Source: Candidatus Heimdallarchaeota archaeon
GTDB lineage: Archaea > Asgardarchaeota > Heimdallarchaeia > Hodarchaeales > Hodarchaeaceae
Reading direction: 5' to 3'
Assembly (NCBI GenBank): GCA_020353515.1
Contig: CP070695.1
Coordinates: 4,625,414-4,689,413 of the forward strand
DNA length: 64,000 nt
Part shown: one piece after another, positions 10,815 to 21,251 of the stretch
Numbering within the stretch: the first letter of the stretch is position 1
Layout: each line of letters opens with the position of its first letter
Position numbers and translations under genes: made by a program
The notes under the pieces: model-generated
Told to the model about the DNA's origin: nothing
Seen by the model: the letters and a program-made list of their open reading frames with translations, nothing else
Databases searched by the model: none

Positions 10815-11879
10815 TTGAGAAAAAACCTAAGAATCTTGATTGCACTCTGTTTATTCTCCTCTTTTAACATAATTTCTCAAGGATATTTTCAAATCTCATT
10901 TACATGGACAGAAACAATGGAGGGAGTAGAAGTTATTGCTTTTATAGCTGATGATTTTGATCGGGGAGAATTAAATTTTATTCAAAACTATTTAGAATCA
11001 TATGGATGTAATGTTACCATTGCAGGAATAAATAGAACTGTATCAGGAGTATCTACAGATATTTTAATATCCAATGTAAACATTACCCGCTATGATTGTA
11101 TATTAATCCCTGGAGGAGGAAGTCCCGCAAATTTAGTGGAACATGAAGAGGTTTTAGAAATTATTAGAACAGCCTATTCAGAAGGAATACTGTTAGCTGC
11201 TATCTGTCATGGTCCACTGGTCTTAGCTGAAGCTGGAGTGATTGACGGGAAAAATGTAACTGGTTATCAAGGAATCAGAGCAGATCTGGAATCTGCAGGT
11301 GGGAATTATGTGTCTGAAAGCGTTGTCATTGATGGATCAATAATTACAGCCAATGCGCCTTTTTTTCAAGAGATAAGCTTAGCTATTGCCACTGTTTTAG
11401 GTTATTATGAAACTGATCCACCAACAATAAAAAATTGCAGTTATGAAGTCTTAAGTGTAAATGAAGTCATAACTTATAATGTAACAGTCGAAACTACTGA
11501 TGAAACAGGTATCTATATGATCACAGCTTTTATCTATGAAGTTTCCGAGAATAAAGAACGATTATACCCCTATTTTACCACGTTTGGGATATTAGATGAT
11601 GAAAACGAAGATGGTATTTATAAACGGTCATTTATCTTAGACAAAGGATATTACTGTGTGGATATTGCGACTGTGGATGTTTTTGGAAACGAAGAGACTT
11701 ATTCAAATGCATTGTATATAACTCGGTTAATTGGGTCTTTGACTACATCAGAAAATAATTCCTCAGTAACAAAAACAACAGAAACAAGGGAAACTTCAAC
11801 AATTTTCCCTGAATTGATAATAATCTGGATATCATTAATTTCTCTTGTTTTTCATACACGAAAACGACGGGGAGTATGA
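10815..11879 (+). CDS. Secreted, membrane-anchored DJ-1/PfpI-family protein
   Basis: N-terminal signal-like peptide; IPGG and AICHGP nucleophile elbow; beta-rich second domain; S/T-rich linker; C-terminal TM helix plus RKRR tail. Confidence 0.8.
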   Translation: MRKNLRILIALCLFSSFNIISQGYFQISFTWTETMEGVEVIAFIADDFDRGELNFIQNYLESYGCNVTIAGINRTVSGVSTDILISNVNITRYDCILIPGGGSPANLVEHEEVLEIIRTAYSEGILLAAICHGPLVLAEAGVIDGKNVTGYQGIRADLESAGGNYVSESVVIDGSIITANAPFFQEISLAIATVLGYYETDPPTIKNCSYEVLSVNEVITYNVTVETTDETGIYMITAFIYEVSENKERLYPYFTTFGILDDENEDGIYKRSFILDKGYYCVDIATVDVFGNEETYSNALYITRLIGSLTTSENNSSVTKTTETRETSTIFPELIIIWISLISLVFHTRKRRGV

Positions 11880-12082
11880 ACCCATCTATTGTATTAAGGC
11901 TTTTATATTGTTACACTTAGTTTCTTATTTTATTCGAAGGAAATGATGTTTTGATTGATCTAAACAACATTGAACTATCTAAATAGAATATACTTAAAAA
12001 ATCATTCAATTAAAGAATTTTAAAGCTGAAAGAAACTTTTTGCCAAAAAGATAGTCTATTTAAAGACTTAGTGTAATTTTAA

Positions 12083-12100
12083 TACAGAACTATAACTGTA
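12083..12100. promoter_or_regulatory. Candidate operator TACAG-N8-CTGTA upstream of the ArsR-like regulator
   Basis: Inverted repeat seen directly; further ACTGTA/TTACAGT half-sites near 12116 and 12151. Confidence 0.3.
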
Positions 12101-12190
12101 ATAAACATCCATGAAACTGTAAAAAGAAGGTTCAAAATCCAACTACACATTTACAGTGCTCATAGGATGACTAATTAGGAGTTAATTGTT

Positions 12191-12943
12191 TTGGATAATA
12201 ATAAAAAGGACCCTGAAGAACCTCAAAATGAAGTAGATGATGTTACAGACCTTAAAGAATCAATTCGTGAAATGAAACAAGAAATTCGGGAACAGATGAG
12301 GGAACTCAGGGAAGAACTTGGGGATTTTAAAGAGGATTTTCCACCACCACGACGTCCAAGAAAACCGAGACCACCACGACCTCCCCGAGGTGAAATTGGT
12401 ATTCGTATAGATAAGGAAGACTGGGAAGATTGGGGTGAACGCTTTGGTAAATCCTTCGAACATTATATTGGAGGGATCTTAGATTCAATAGGAGAGACCA
12501 TTGATCGGTCTGTAGGTTCCATTTTCCACCCTCCTTCTGCCCGACGTGAACGGCGCTGGAAAGGAAAGAGAAAGGAACCATTCTTTGTTCCTGAAGAAGA
12601 ATTAGAAGAATTTTATACAGAGGGATCGAAAATTGCAGCAGCCCTCTCTGATCAAACTCGTCTAAGAATGTTGAAAGAACTTGAAAAAGAACCCCTCAGA
12701 CAATCTGATCTCTCAGAAAAAACCAATACCCGTGGTGGGAACTTCAAGCATCACATCACTATCCTCAAAGATGAAGGACTTGTCCGACAAGAAGGAGTTC
12801 GTGAACGCTATATGCTTACTTATTCTGGGCGAGAAGCCCTAAAACTTGTGGAATTCTTGTATTCTCGTGGTAAGAAGCGTATTCCTATCCCAGTCTATGC
12901 CACTGATGAGGAAGAAGAAGATATTCTAGATGAGGAGGAATAA
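12191..12943 (+). CDS. ArsR-like winged-helix transcriptional regulator with long N-terminal extension
   Basis: ALSDQTRLRMLKEL...NFKHHITILKDEGLV..E...YMLT wHTH; N-terminal coiled-coil and Pro/Arg-rich tract; acidic tail. Confidence 0.8.
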   Translation: MDNNKKDPEEPQNEVDDVTDLKESIREMKQEIREQMRELREELGDFKEDFPPPRRPRKPRPPRPPRGEIGIRIDKEDWEDWGERFGKSFEHYIGGILDSIGETIDRSVGSIFHPPSARRERRWKGKRKEPFFVPEEELEEFYTEGSKIAAALSDQTRLRMLKELEKEPLRQSDLSEKTNTRGGNFKHHITILKDEGLVRQEGVRERYMLTYSGREALKLVEFLYSRGKKRIPIPVYATDEEEEDILDEEE

Positions 12944-13628
12944 CTGCGTGAACACCATTCAATTAGGAGACATTCTCTATGATTGGTATGGAGAACCAGA
13001 AATCCTTTCAACTCCTTATTATAAAATAATTCTCACGAAACCTGCTAAAATAATGGAAATCACCACAGATTTACCATCAACCAACGGAATAGTCATTCTA
13101 GGGGATATAGAAGCGATAGTTGATTCAATTATGTACACCAAGTCTCATGGTGCAGTTGGTAATACAACTAATTTTTCAGGAACCAATTTGGTCATCTTAG
13201 GTCTTTCAATAGCTAATTTAGAAAGTTCTCTCAAGAAAAGTGACCTTCCAGATGAAGAGGATCAAAAATTCAAAAATCAGGCTGAAGCGATAATCTCGAA
13301 ATTTAAAAGACGAGTTGAAGACCCGAATATGAATATTTCACTTGATAATGAAGATGACGAATTTCATCATATGATTTTCGGTCGGAGAAACTTTTTCCTT
13401 ATTGGAGGTATTCATAGTAGGAAATTCGTTTTAATTCACAAAAAGCAGATCTCAATCCGTGAAGGAGAATATAAATTAGTCCAGATTGATCCAGTAGAAG
13501 GCATTACTATTGCTAAACGGGATAATGTTTTGAATATTGGTGGTACACGAAATAATCTAGGCTCATTAGTGGGGGAATTTGGTTTGAATATTGCCTCTTC
13601 AGTACTTGAACATCTACTCTGGGATTAA
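12930..13628 (+). CDS. Hypothetical protein coupled to the ArsR-like gene
   Basis: ORF overlaps or abuts the upstream stop; the true start may be the GTG near 12948 after GGAGG. Confidence 0.6.
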   Translation: MRRNNCVNTIQLGDILYDWYGEPEILSTPYYKIILTKPAKIMEITTDLPSTNGIVILGDIEAIVDSIMYTKSHGAVGNTTNFSGTNLVILGLSIANLESSLKKSDLPDEEDQKFKNQAEAIISKFKRRVEDPNMNISLDNEDDEFHHMIFGRRNFFLIGGIHSRKFVLIHKKQISIREGEYKLVQIDPVEGITIAKRDNVLNIGGTRNNLGSLVGEFGLNIASSVLEHLLWD

Positions 13629-13675
13629 TGTCCTATCTTTTTTTCTCACTTTTACCTAGGAGAGGGGTCTGAAGG

Positions 13676-14995
13676 CTAAATTGCCTTCATTTCACCAGAT
13701 TTAACCCCAAACATCATTATAAAAGCTATTACAAAACAAATAGAACTCACTGGGAACAGCAGAGAGAATGTACCAGCAGCAAATAAGTCAAAAATTAACC
13801 CAATAATTGCAGGACCAGCAACAGCAGCAGAACTACTGAATAGGTAATAAAGGCCAGTGTATGACCCCAACTTCTCATCAGTGGCGATTTCCCAGACAAT
13901 TACAATCGAATTAATATTAATTAAAGCCCACCCAATTCCTCCACAACCCATAATTATCATTGTTATGTAATACTGGAGTTGAGGAGTCAAACCTAGTATG
14001 TTAAATTGCCCAATAGCCATTGTACATATTAAAAAAAAGAGTAAAACTGGTAATCCAATCCTTATTGTATTTGCCCTTCCAATTTTTTGTCCAATATACC
14101 CAGCAGGGATAGCAAAAACTACAAAAACTAGCGCAAATAGCGTTAACATCAGACTTGCTGCTGCTTCTGCATCTTCAATTGCTGCTTCGGTCCCTGGTTC
14201 TGCAATATTCATTATATGAGGAACAATCGTCGTTGCCCAGCTTGTAAACCATGTTTCAAGAGCATTATATCCTAGGAACCAGAAGAATATAGCGATTAAT
14301 ACAAAAAGACATGATTTATCTTTGTCAGTAAGAACTTCTCTTATACTTGAAATAACTGAGACTTTAGGAACTGTGATCTCTTCAGTACTTTCACGAATTA
14401 CGACATCTTCGGGTTCCTTTACGAAACTCACAAGTAATATAAGTGCTATTATCATAATTAGCGCTGTACTTCCAAAAGCAACTACTGGATCAATTGAGTA
14501 GAGTATTGAACCAAAAAGAAAAGCGTAAACTGCTCCAAGACCACCCATCAGATTTATTACTCCGTTTGCTTTACTTCTCTGTTTTGATGGTATTACATCT
14601 GGCATCAGAGCAACCACAGGTGCCCGATAGAATGCCATCATTAGCAAGAAACAAATTATGGCAGCCATTAGAACGAGTAAAACATCTTTCACTAGTGGAA
14701 GTGATGTTAAAAAGAAAGCAGAGATAGGAACACCTATAATTAGAAATGGGATCCGCCGTCCCCATCGGGTTCTCGTCCGATCTGAGATTGATCCAACTAT
14801 AGGTTCCATAAATATCATTGCTAGGTTATCAAGTCCCATAATAGCCCCGACAACAACACGATCGGGAATGAAGCTGTTTAACCATAATGGAACATAACTG
14901 TTGTATAAAGCCCAACTGATTCCAGTTGTAAAAAATCCTAATCCTATCAAAAACGTCTTTGACCAATTTAGGCCTGAATCTTCACCCGAATGCAT
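13676..14995 (-). CDS. MFS sugar transporter (GPH/SLC45/MalT-like)
   Basis: About 12 TM helices; GSISDRTRTRWGRRIPF motif. Confidence 0.88.
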   Translation of the reverse strand: MHSGEDSGLNWSKTFLIGLGFFTTGISWALYNSYVPLWLNSFIPDRVVVGAIMGLDNLAMIFMEPIVGSISDRTRTRWGRRIPFLIIGVPISAFFLTSLPLVKDVLLVLMAAIICFLLMMAFYRAPVVALMPDVIPSKQRSKANGVINLMGGLGAVYAFLFGSILYSIDPVVAFGSTALIMIIALILLVSFVKEPEDVVIRESTEEITVPKVSVISSIREVLTDKDKSCLFVLIAIFFWFLGYNALETWFTSWATTIVPHIMNIAEPGTEAAIEDAEAAASLMLTLFALVFVVFAIPAGYIGQKIGRANTIRIGLPVLLFFLICTMAIGQFNILGLTPQLQYYITMIIMGCGGIGWALININSIVIVWEIATDEKLGSYTGLYYLFSSSAAVAGPAIIGLIFDLFAAGTFSLLFPVSSICFVIAFIMMFGVKSGEMKAI

Positions 14996-15127
14996 AGTTT
15001 AACCTAAAGAAATGAGAGAGCATATTATTATTTCGTAGCTTTCAAGGTCAGAGAATAAGAGTTAGACCTGCATTTTGACTAGGAATTTCTTTGTTAAAAG
15101 TGTTCTTTTATCTCATTATGAGAATAA

Positions 15128-15601
15128 CTATTTGTGTGGAGTAACTGAAGCTGTAATTATATCTCGAATTTTCCCCCCTTCTGTTTTATCAGATTTTGCT
15201 AAGAAACGCTTCCAGTAATCAACCGGAACACCAATTAAATCAAATAATTCTTTCAAAATGATGTACATTTCAATGATTAAATCAGAATTATTTTTTAAGA
15301 TGGCTTCATCTCCAGGTCGGCGGAGAAAACTACGTATAGTAGTTAAAACATCTATTGCTACTTCATTCAATTTTACATTTTTATCTTGAGCTAAGGAAAT
15401 CTCTGTAAACTCATGTTCCTTAGCAAAATTCATAGTCTCAACATTTGCAGCTAAGACAGTAAAGCCATCTGTGTCACTTTTAATATAATGGAAGATAATA
15501 TCATCTTTAGGAACACGATTCATAAGAAAAGGACCTAATTGGGAAAAATTGATCTGTTTCATCTTGTCAAACGAGATTTGATAGTATTTCATTAACATCA
15601 A
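15128..15601 (-). CDS. Hypothetical protein
   Basis: 157-aa ORF with protein-like composition; no motif. Confidence 0.55.
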   Translation of the reverse strand: MMLMKYYQISFDKMKQINFSQLGPFLMNRVPKDDIIFHYIKSDTDGFTVLAANVETMNFAKEHEFTEISLAQDKNVKLNEVAIDVLTTIRSFLRRPGDEAILKNNSDLIIEMYIILKELFDLIGVPVDYWKRFLAKSDKTEGGKIRDIITASVTPHK

Positions 15602-15764
15602 CTAAGAAAAAAAGAAAGAAAGAGAGGTTAGGTGAGGTTGGATGAGTAACCTTTCAGTCACTTAGTACAACCTATAGATTAATTTCGTCACTAGTATATA
15701 AATATGCCGATAGACATAACCGTGCTAAAACACTGCGAATTATACTTAAAGAGTTCACACCTCT

Positions 15765-16517
15765 TTACAAGCTCGGAATCTTTCCCACTGGAGCGACATA
15801 TACAGTAAATTCATTTTCTCCATCAATCCCGAGTAATGTATCAACTTTATTCTGATTATAAAATCCGATTGCGCATGTTCCTGCATTTATTGCTGCACAA
15901 GCTAAGTACAAATTCTGACAAATATGACCTGCTTCTAATGCAATGAATTTGCTTGATAGAATTGAGTGTCTCCATTCCATTCGATAAGGAACTGCTACCC
16001 AACACAAAATAATTGCTCCGTTTACAGCAAAAGAGTATTGTTTATAACAAATTTTTTCCATTAAAGCTTCCATATCTTTTATATATTCTAAATAGCAAAG
16101 CTTATGACTAAGTGAAAGGTATCGGTAGAGGCCTTGTTCTAAACTTGTAACTCTATTTATGAAAAGATAAGTTTCAAACGGGTGTCTTCCCCCAGCTGAA
16201 GGAGTTGTTCGTTTGACCTGATTTTGAGTTACTTTTCTCACTCCTTGTGTACACCATAACAAAAATGATAATTCCTCAAGCGTTAAGGGATCTTTAACAT
16301 ATTTTCTATGACTCCTTCGCAATCTGATCACCTCCTTAAATGCAATATTCCCAACACTAATGTCTTCTGGAGAAATCAGATCTATTACTTTTGCCTCCTT
16401 AGGATAGTCTTTTTGTATTGGGGGTTGAGGAAGGTTCTTCTCTTGATCTGACTCAGGAAAATCCTTTGAATATCTGTCTTCATCCCATGCTTTAAGCACT
16501 TTTCTGAATTCGTTCAA
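15765..16517 (-). CDS. SagB/ThcOx-type FMN-dependent nitroreductase-family dehydrogenase
   Basis: RRSHRKY, RTTPSAGGRHPFE, EAGHICQNLYL and GTCAIG motifs. Start reassigned from 16607 to TTG 16517 (AGGTGA SD). Confidence 0.85.
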   Translation of the reverse strand: MNEFRKVLKAWDEDRYSKDFPESDQEKNLPQPPIQKDYPKEAKVIDLISPEDISVGNIAFKEVIRLRRSHRKYVKDPLTLEELSFLLWCTQGVRKVTQNQVKRTTPSAGGRHPFETYLFINRVTSLEQGLYRYLSLSHKLCYLEYIKDMEALMEKICYKQYSFAVNGAIILCWVAVPYRMEWRHSILSSKFIALEAGHICQNLYLACAAINAGTCAIGFYNQNKVDTLLGIDGENEFTVYVAPVGKIPSL

Positions 16518-16563
16518 CTGATCACCTAAAGCTTTGGATAATTGAACTATTAGATTATTTATC

Positions 16564-17610
16564 CTAATGAGAGTATCCCTGCAGTTTTTGGGCACCCTTC
16601 TGTTCAAGTATCTTAATCTTGTTTAAGATGTCCACAACAACGAGTATTATTTGATTTCTTTCTTGATCTGATGAATCGGGTATTCTTTGTACGGTTTGGG
16701 AGATTTCTTCCCATTTCATACCTAGATTTTTGTAAAATTCACCCAAACTGTCCAAGGAAGGATAAAATTCTGCGGATTCTTCCAAAAATTGTGAATATAG
16801 GAGTCTAAACAGTCCCCCACCAGTTCCATAGTCTGAGATGAATCCTGCAATTTCATCACACCGTTCTTGGAGTTTTGGATTACTCATGATTGATAATTTT
16901 TCTAAATCTAGGACAAATTTTGTTATGGCATCAATCCCATTTGTTGTTCCGAAAATACGCATCATTCGACTTTTTTTCAAGATATTCTGACCATTCTTTT
17001 GAATAGCAATTAGGATAACATCCTTGGGATCTGGAACTTTTTCTGGAAATGAAAATTCATACATGAAATTTCGTGGATCCATCCAACGACTATATGAAGA
17101 ATTTCTCGCTCTAGCTAAATCATCTAATGAGATTTTTTGTAAATCAGGAAAATGAGTATCTGCAATTAAGACTTTAGAATTTTCAGGATTGTATCCTGCA
17201 ACCACAATCGCATGCTGTCCAAAGTGGAAACCCTTAGGTAATTGTTGATATGGTAAGTAAGCCATATCTACGTTGATTGCTGTAGGTATTCCATTCTCTA
17301 TCCGTTCTCTGAGTCGATGCCATCCCTCTTCCTTATTATTCGTCATGAATTTGTGTAATTCGATGTTCAATAGTTTACACAGATTATCTTCAAATCTATA
17401 TTGTCGTCCACCCATTATTGGATTCTCACTTCCAAGTTTTCCATACCCCAACCCCAAACCGCTGCCTAAACCAAAAATCATTGCCTCACTCATTGTTAAT
17501 CCGTGAAATTCAAAGACATCTCGAATGGCTGAGGAAGTACAATGTACACCAGGGACGTGACGAAAATTAGAGATAGGATAATTGTTTATATGTTTCGCAT
17601 TGCTAACCAT
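16564..17610 (-). CDS. BtrH-family protein (BtrH_N papain-like fold + DUF4872-like C-terminus)
   Basis: HCTSSAIR (Cys), SEAMIFGLG.GL, HFGQHAIVVAGY (His), IADT (Asp), GTGGGLFRLLYSQFL. Confidence 0.8.
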   Translation of the reverse strand: MVSNAKHINNYPISNFRHVPGVHCTSSAIRDVFEFHGLTMSEAMIFGLGSGLGLGYGKLGSENPIMGGRQYRFEDNLCKLLNIELHKFMTNNKEEGWHRLRERIENGIPTAINVDMAYLPYQQLPKGFHFGQHAIVVAGYNPENSKVLIADTHFPDLQKISLDDLARARNSSYSRWMDPRNFMYEFSFPEKVPDPKDVILIAIQKNGQNILKKSRMMRIFGTTNGIDAITKFVLDLEKLSIMSNPKLQERCDEIAGFISDYGTGGGLFRLLYSQFLEESAEFYPSLDSLGEFYKNLGMKWEEISQTVQRIPDSSDQERNQIILVVVDILNKIKILEQKGAQKLQGYSH

Positions 17611-17627
17611 GATTATGAACTCCAGAG

Positions 17628-20093
17628 TTAATGGACAAGAAAGGTAGCAACTTTCGATTGTTTAATCTTTTTAATGTCTTCTGGAGATCCTGTTGCGATT
17701 ACTTCTCCTCCCTCAGGACCCCCTTGAGGACCCAATTCTATTAAATAATCTACATAAGACAATACGTCCACATCATGCTCAATTATCAATACAGTATTCC
17801 CTTGGTTAACTAATTTATCTAAGAGAGTAATCGTTTTCAGGATATCATTGTAATGAAGTCCAGTGGTAGGCTCGTCTAAAACATAGAGTGTTTTCTTCTT
17901 CCTCGCCCTTCCCAGTTCCTTAGCCAATTTAATCCTTTGAGCTTCTCCACCACTTAATGTTGTTGCAGGTTGCCCTAGCGTTATATAGCCCATCCCGATA
18001 TCGTCAAGGATGTTCAGATGGTTTATAATTTTCTCTTCATTCTTGAAGATTTCAAGGGATTCAGATACAGTTAAGTTGAGTATTTCATGGATATTCCGTT
18101 CTTTGTATTTTACTTCTAGAATTTCCAACAAATAGCCTGTTCCATCGCATTCTTCACACGGTAAATCGATTTTCGTGAAGAATGAAATCTGTAAATCAAT
18201 AAATCCACCCCCTTTACAATGAGGACACCGTCCTTTATCACTATTAAAGGAAAAATGTCCAGGACTATATTTTCGTGTTCTAGCTACCCGCTGTTTGGCA
18301 AACAACTTTCTGATATCGTCCCAAATTCCAATGTAACTAACAGGATTTGATGTTTTGGTTCTACCAATAGGGGACTGAGAGACTACAATGCAATCTGAAA
18401 CCTCTTCCCAGCCTGAAAGCTTTCCTTTAATTTCATCGATCTGGATGTATCCCTCCTCTTCCCCATTTTTCTTATTGAAATGTTCTTGTAACAAAGGTAC
18501 GAGCGTTTCACTGATTAAAGAACTCTTTCCACTTCCAGAAACACCAGCAACTCCAACCATTATTCCTAAGGGTATTTTTATTTCTATATTTTTCAAATTG
18601 TTTGTAGTTACATCCTTCAGTACAAGGAATCCTGCTGATTTTAATATCTTTCTCTTTTCTGTGGGTTTTTTTCGGGGAAGTTGAAGTTCTCCACTCATGA
18701 ACTTTCCAGTATAAGACTTTTTATTTTTCTTGATTTCCTCTAGCGATCCTTGAAAGATGATCTCCCCACCATTTATTCCCGCACCAGGCCCCAGATCAAT
18801 TATTTGATCCGCTTTTGAAATAATATTTCTATCATGTTCCACAATGATCACGGAATTTCCAAGTTCTTTTATTTCTGATAATATGGTCATTAGACTGTTC
18901 TTTTCAAGCTCATGCATCCCCATACTGGGTTCATCAAGAATGAAAATCAAGGAGTCCAATCCAGCATCCAAATGGGACATTAAACTCAGTCTTTGAAGCT
19001 CTCCACCTGATAAAGTTGTCATACTCCTATTCAAACTGAGATAGGAAAGTCCAACAAGCTTTGATTTCTCGAGACGCTTAATTATTTCATTTTTAAGCGC
19101 TTTTCCATGACTAGTTTTCACATGAGAATCCAAATCTTTCAAGAACTTGATTAATTCAGCGATGGTCATGGTTCCCAATTCTCCGATGTGTTTCTCATTA
19201 ATTAATGCCGTTCTTGCCTGCTCATTGACCTTATACCCATGACAACTGGGACAAGTTACTTTCGTCATAAAATTCTTTTCAATCTTATTCCTTCTATAAG
19301 CACTTGTGGTTTTGGCCATCGCTCTTTCAAGATGGGGGATGATTCCTTCAAATTTTGTTTCTATCAGGCCCTCAAATCTTCGAGATTTCCACTTGAATTG
19401 CATCTTCTTGTCTGTTCCATACAAAAAAATATCCTGAATCTTTTGGGGGAGTCGGTTGTATGGGGTATTGATATCAAATTCCATTACGTCAGCTAAACCT
19501 ATTGTAAAATTCTTCATGTCTCCAAAAGCAGCTGATCCACTTGCACAGATTTCTAGGAGATTTTTTGTAGGATCGGGTATCAACTTTTCCTCACGAAATT
19601 CTGCGATATAACCTCTTCCTTTACATTCTAAGCACATTCCAGAAGGTTCGTTATAACTGAAGTGCTTGATCTCAAGATTTATTGCCTTCATTCCACAAGT
19701 TGGGCATGATAGATCAATATCAACTGGTATTTGACAAATCTGACATGTTTTTATACTTTCTAAGGCAAATAGATGACGTAATAAAGTGTAGATTGTGGTT
19801 TTTGTTCCAACAGTGGATCGAGGACTAACAATACGGGCAGTTCGTTGTTCTACTGCCACGGTCGGAGACAACCCACTTAATAAATCGAATGGTTTCTCTT
19901 TCTCAACTTTGGGAGGTAGTCCTATCGATTGGAGATATCGTCTCATTCCTTCTTCAAACAGAATGTCGAAAGCGAGTGAGCTTTTCCCGGAGCCTGAAAC
20001 TCCAGTAATCGCAATGATTTGGCTTTTCGGAATATTAACATTTATGTTTTTCAAATTATGAATTCTTGCCCCAACTACTTTAATCTGATTCAT
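17628..20093 (-). CDS. uvrA: Class II UvrA-like ABC ATPase (DrrC/Ecm16/UvrA2 type)
   Basis: Two GVSGSGKSS Walker A motifs, two LSGGE signatures and Zn modules. The segment between the first CxxC pairs (CQIC...CPTC) is only ~10 aa, so the UvrB-binding domain is missing; 821 aa. Confidence 0.88.
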   Translation of the reverse strand: MNQIKVVGARIHNLKNINVNIPKSQIIAITGVSGSGKSSLAFDILFEEGMRRYLQSIGLPPKVEKEKPFDLLSGLSPTVAVEQRTARIVSPRSTVGTKTTIYTLLRHLFALESIKTCQICQIPVDIDLSCPTCGMKAINLEIKHFSYNEPSGMCLECKGRGYIAEFREEKLIPDPTKNLLEICASGSAAFGDMKNFTIGLADVMEFDINTPYNRLPQKIQDIFLYGTDKKMQFKWKSRRFEGLIETKFEGIIPHLERAMAKTTSAYRRNKIEKNFMTKVTCPSCHGYKVNEQARTALINEKHIGELGTMTIAELIKFLKDLDSHVKTSHGKALKNEIIKRLEKSKLVGLSYLSLNRSMTTLSGGELQRLSLMSHLDAGLDSLIFILDEPSMGMHELEKNSLMTILSEIKELGNSVIIVEHDRNIISKADQIIDLGPGAGINGGEIIFQGSLEEIKKNKKSYTGKFMSGELQLPRKKPTEKRKILKSAGFLVLKDVTTNNLKNIEIKIPLGIMVGVAGVSGSGKSSLISETLVPLLQEHFNKKNGEEEGYIQIDEIKGKLSGWEEVSDCIVVSQSPIGRTKTSNPVSYIGIWDDIRKLFAKQRVARTRKYSPGHFSFNSDKGRCPHCKGGGFIDLQISFFTKIDLPCEECDGTGYLLEILEVKYKERNIHEILNLTVSESLEIFKNEEKIINHLNILDDIGMGYITLGQPATTLSGGEAQRIKLAKELGRARKKKTLYVLDEPTTGLHYNDILKTITLLDKLVNQGNTVLIIEHDVDVLSYVDYLIELGPQGGPEGGEVIATGSPEDIKKIKQSKVATFLVH

Positions 20094-20105
20094 TTTTTCA
20101 CTCTC

Positions 20106-21248
20106 TCATAGTTTTATTTGCAATAATTTCCTAAATCCACTTTCTTCTAGGTTAATGATATCTTCAACGAGTTTGGCTAATCCTGTTAAATCTAGGAGTT
20201 GTAAACATTCTTCCTCGTCTTGATCCAAAACCTTCTTGATATTACTCGAAAATTCAGTCCACAACGCAGCTGATTTCGCAATTTTCTCCATTGCATCCTT
20301 CAAATAGAAGAGTTCCTCCTCCTTCCAAGCATGTATTCCCTCTCTAATGTCATGATGATTCAAAAGTTCTTTCAAATAGTTTGAATAAAGATTTCGAAAG
20401 ATAGCTCCTCCTGTTCCCATTTCCTCGATTAATCCATATACCATTTCAAGTGTAAATGCTGCCTTTGATATAGTTTCATTGGAATAAGGTGTTTTCATTG
20501 TTCCTTTCAAAATATTTGGCCAAGTTGGTATTGATTCCATAAATGATTTTAATGCAGGAATCCCATGATAGTTTGTTGATGGAGCTACGACTTGTCGGGC
20601 AACCTGTTGAAGGGGCAACTTTATTGCTCTAGCAAAGGGAGATTTTTTCCCATCTGATCTTTTAAAGATACGAACATGTTTATTATGGGGATGCAAGAGT
20701 CGCTCTCCAAATTTTGAACTGCGTGCTTTCTTGAGGTCTTCGATTGGAACCTCTTGAACATCATCAAATTCTGTATCATAGATAAAGGCTACATCTTTTA
20801 CTTCATCATATCCAGTTAGTGTAACATAATGGCCTCCAAAGTGCATTTCTTCGGGCCAATCAAAATATGATAAGAAACCCATATCAACCTGCAATCCTAA
20901 GGGAATATTTTGCGTGATCCATTTTTTAGAAACTTCCCAAGCAATATTAGCAGAAGTAAACGTTTCTATACTAATATTCAATCCCAATATACGGCACACC
21001 ATACTCTCATCAGTGACTGTTCCTTGTTTCCCTCCAATGAATAACGGAAATTCCCTACCAAACAAATCTTCTGTTTGATCACTCTGTGAATTATTGAAAA
21101 AAGTAAATCCAAATGTGCAATCTAGACCAAACACCATATTCTCAGTAATTTCAACTCCTTCATGTACAATTAGGTTTCTTAATGTTGTAGATTCACAATG
21201 GCTCCCCTTATTATGGGAAAAATTTTCAATAGTATGACTTGTATTCAT
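20106..21248 (-). CDS. BtrH-family protein, second paralog
   Basis: HCESTTLR, TENMVFGL, HFGGHYVTLTGY, IYDT, GTGGAIFRNLYSNYL. Confidence 0.8.
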   Translation of the reverse strand: MNTSHTIENFSHNKGSHCESTTLRNLIVHEGVEITENMVFGLDCTFGFTFFNNSQSDQTEDLFGREFPLFIGGKQGTVTDESMVCRILGLNISIETFTSANIAWEVSKKWITQNIPLGLQVDMGFLSYFDWPEEMHFGGHYVTLTGYDEVKDVAFIYDTEFDDVQEVPIEDLKKARSSKFGERLLHPHNKHVRIFKRSDGKKSPFARAIKLPLQQVARQVVAPSTNYHGIPALKSFMESIPTWPNILKGTMKTPYSNETISKAAFTLEMVYGLIEEMGTGGAIFRNLYSNYLKELLNHHDIREGIHAWKEEELFYLKDAMEKIAKSAALWTEFSSNIKKVLDQDEEECLQLLDLTGLAKLVEDIINLEESGFRKLLQIKL

Positions 21249-21251
21249 TTT

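Noticed and set aside
15765-17610. SagB-like plus BtrH-like genes as a RiPP (azole peptide) or aminoglycoside biosynthetic cluster
   Set aside because: No YcaO/E1 cyclodehydratase, precursor peptide, ACP or sugar-pathway genes in the window.
5574-20093. uvrB and the uvrA-like gene as one NER operon
   Set aside because: They are 10 kb apart on opposite strands, there is no uvrC, and this UvrA lacks the UvrB-binding domain.
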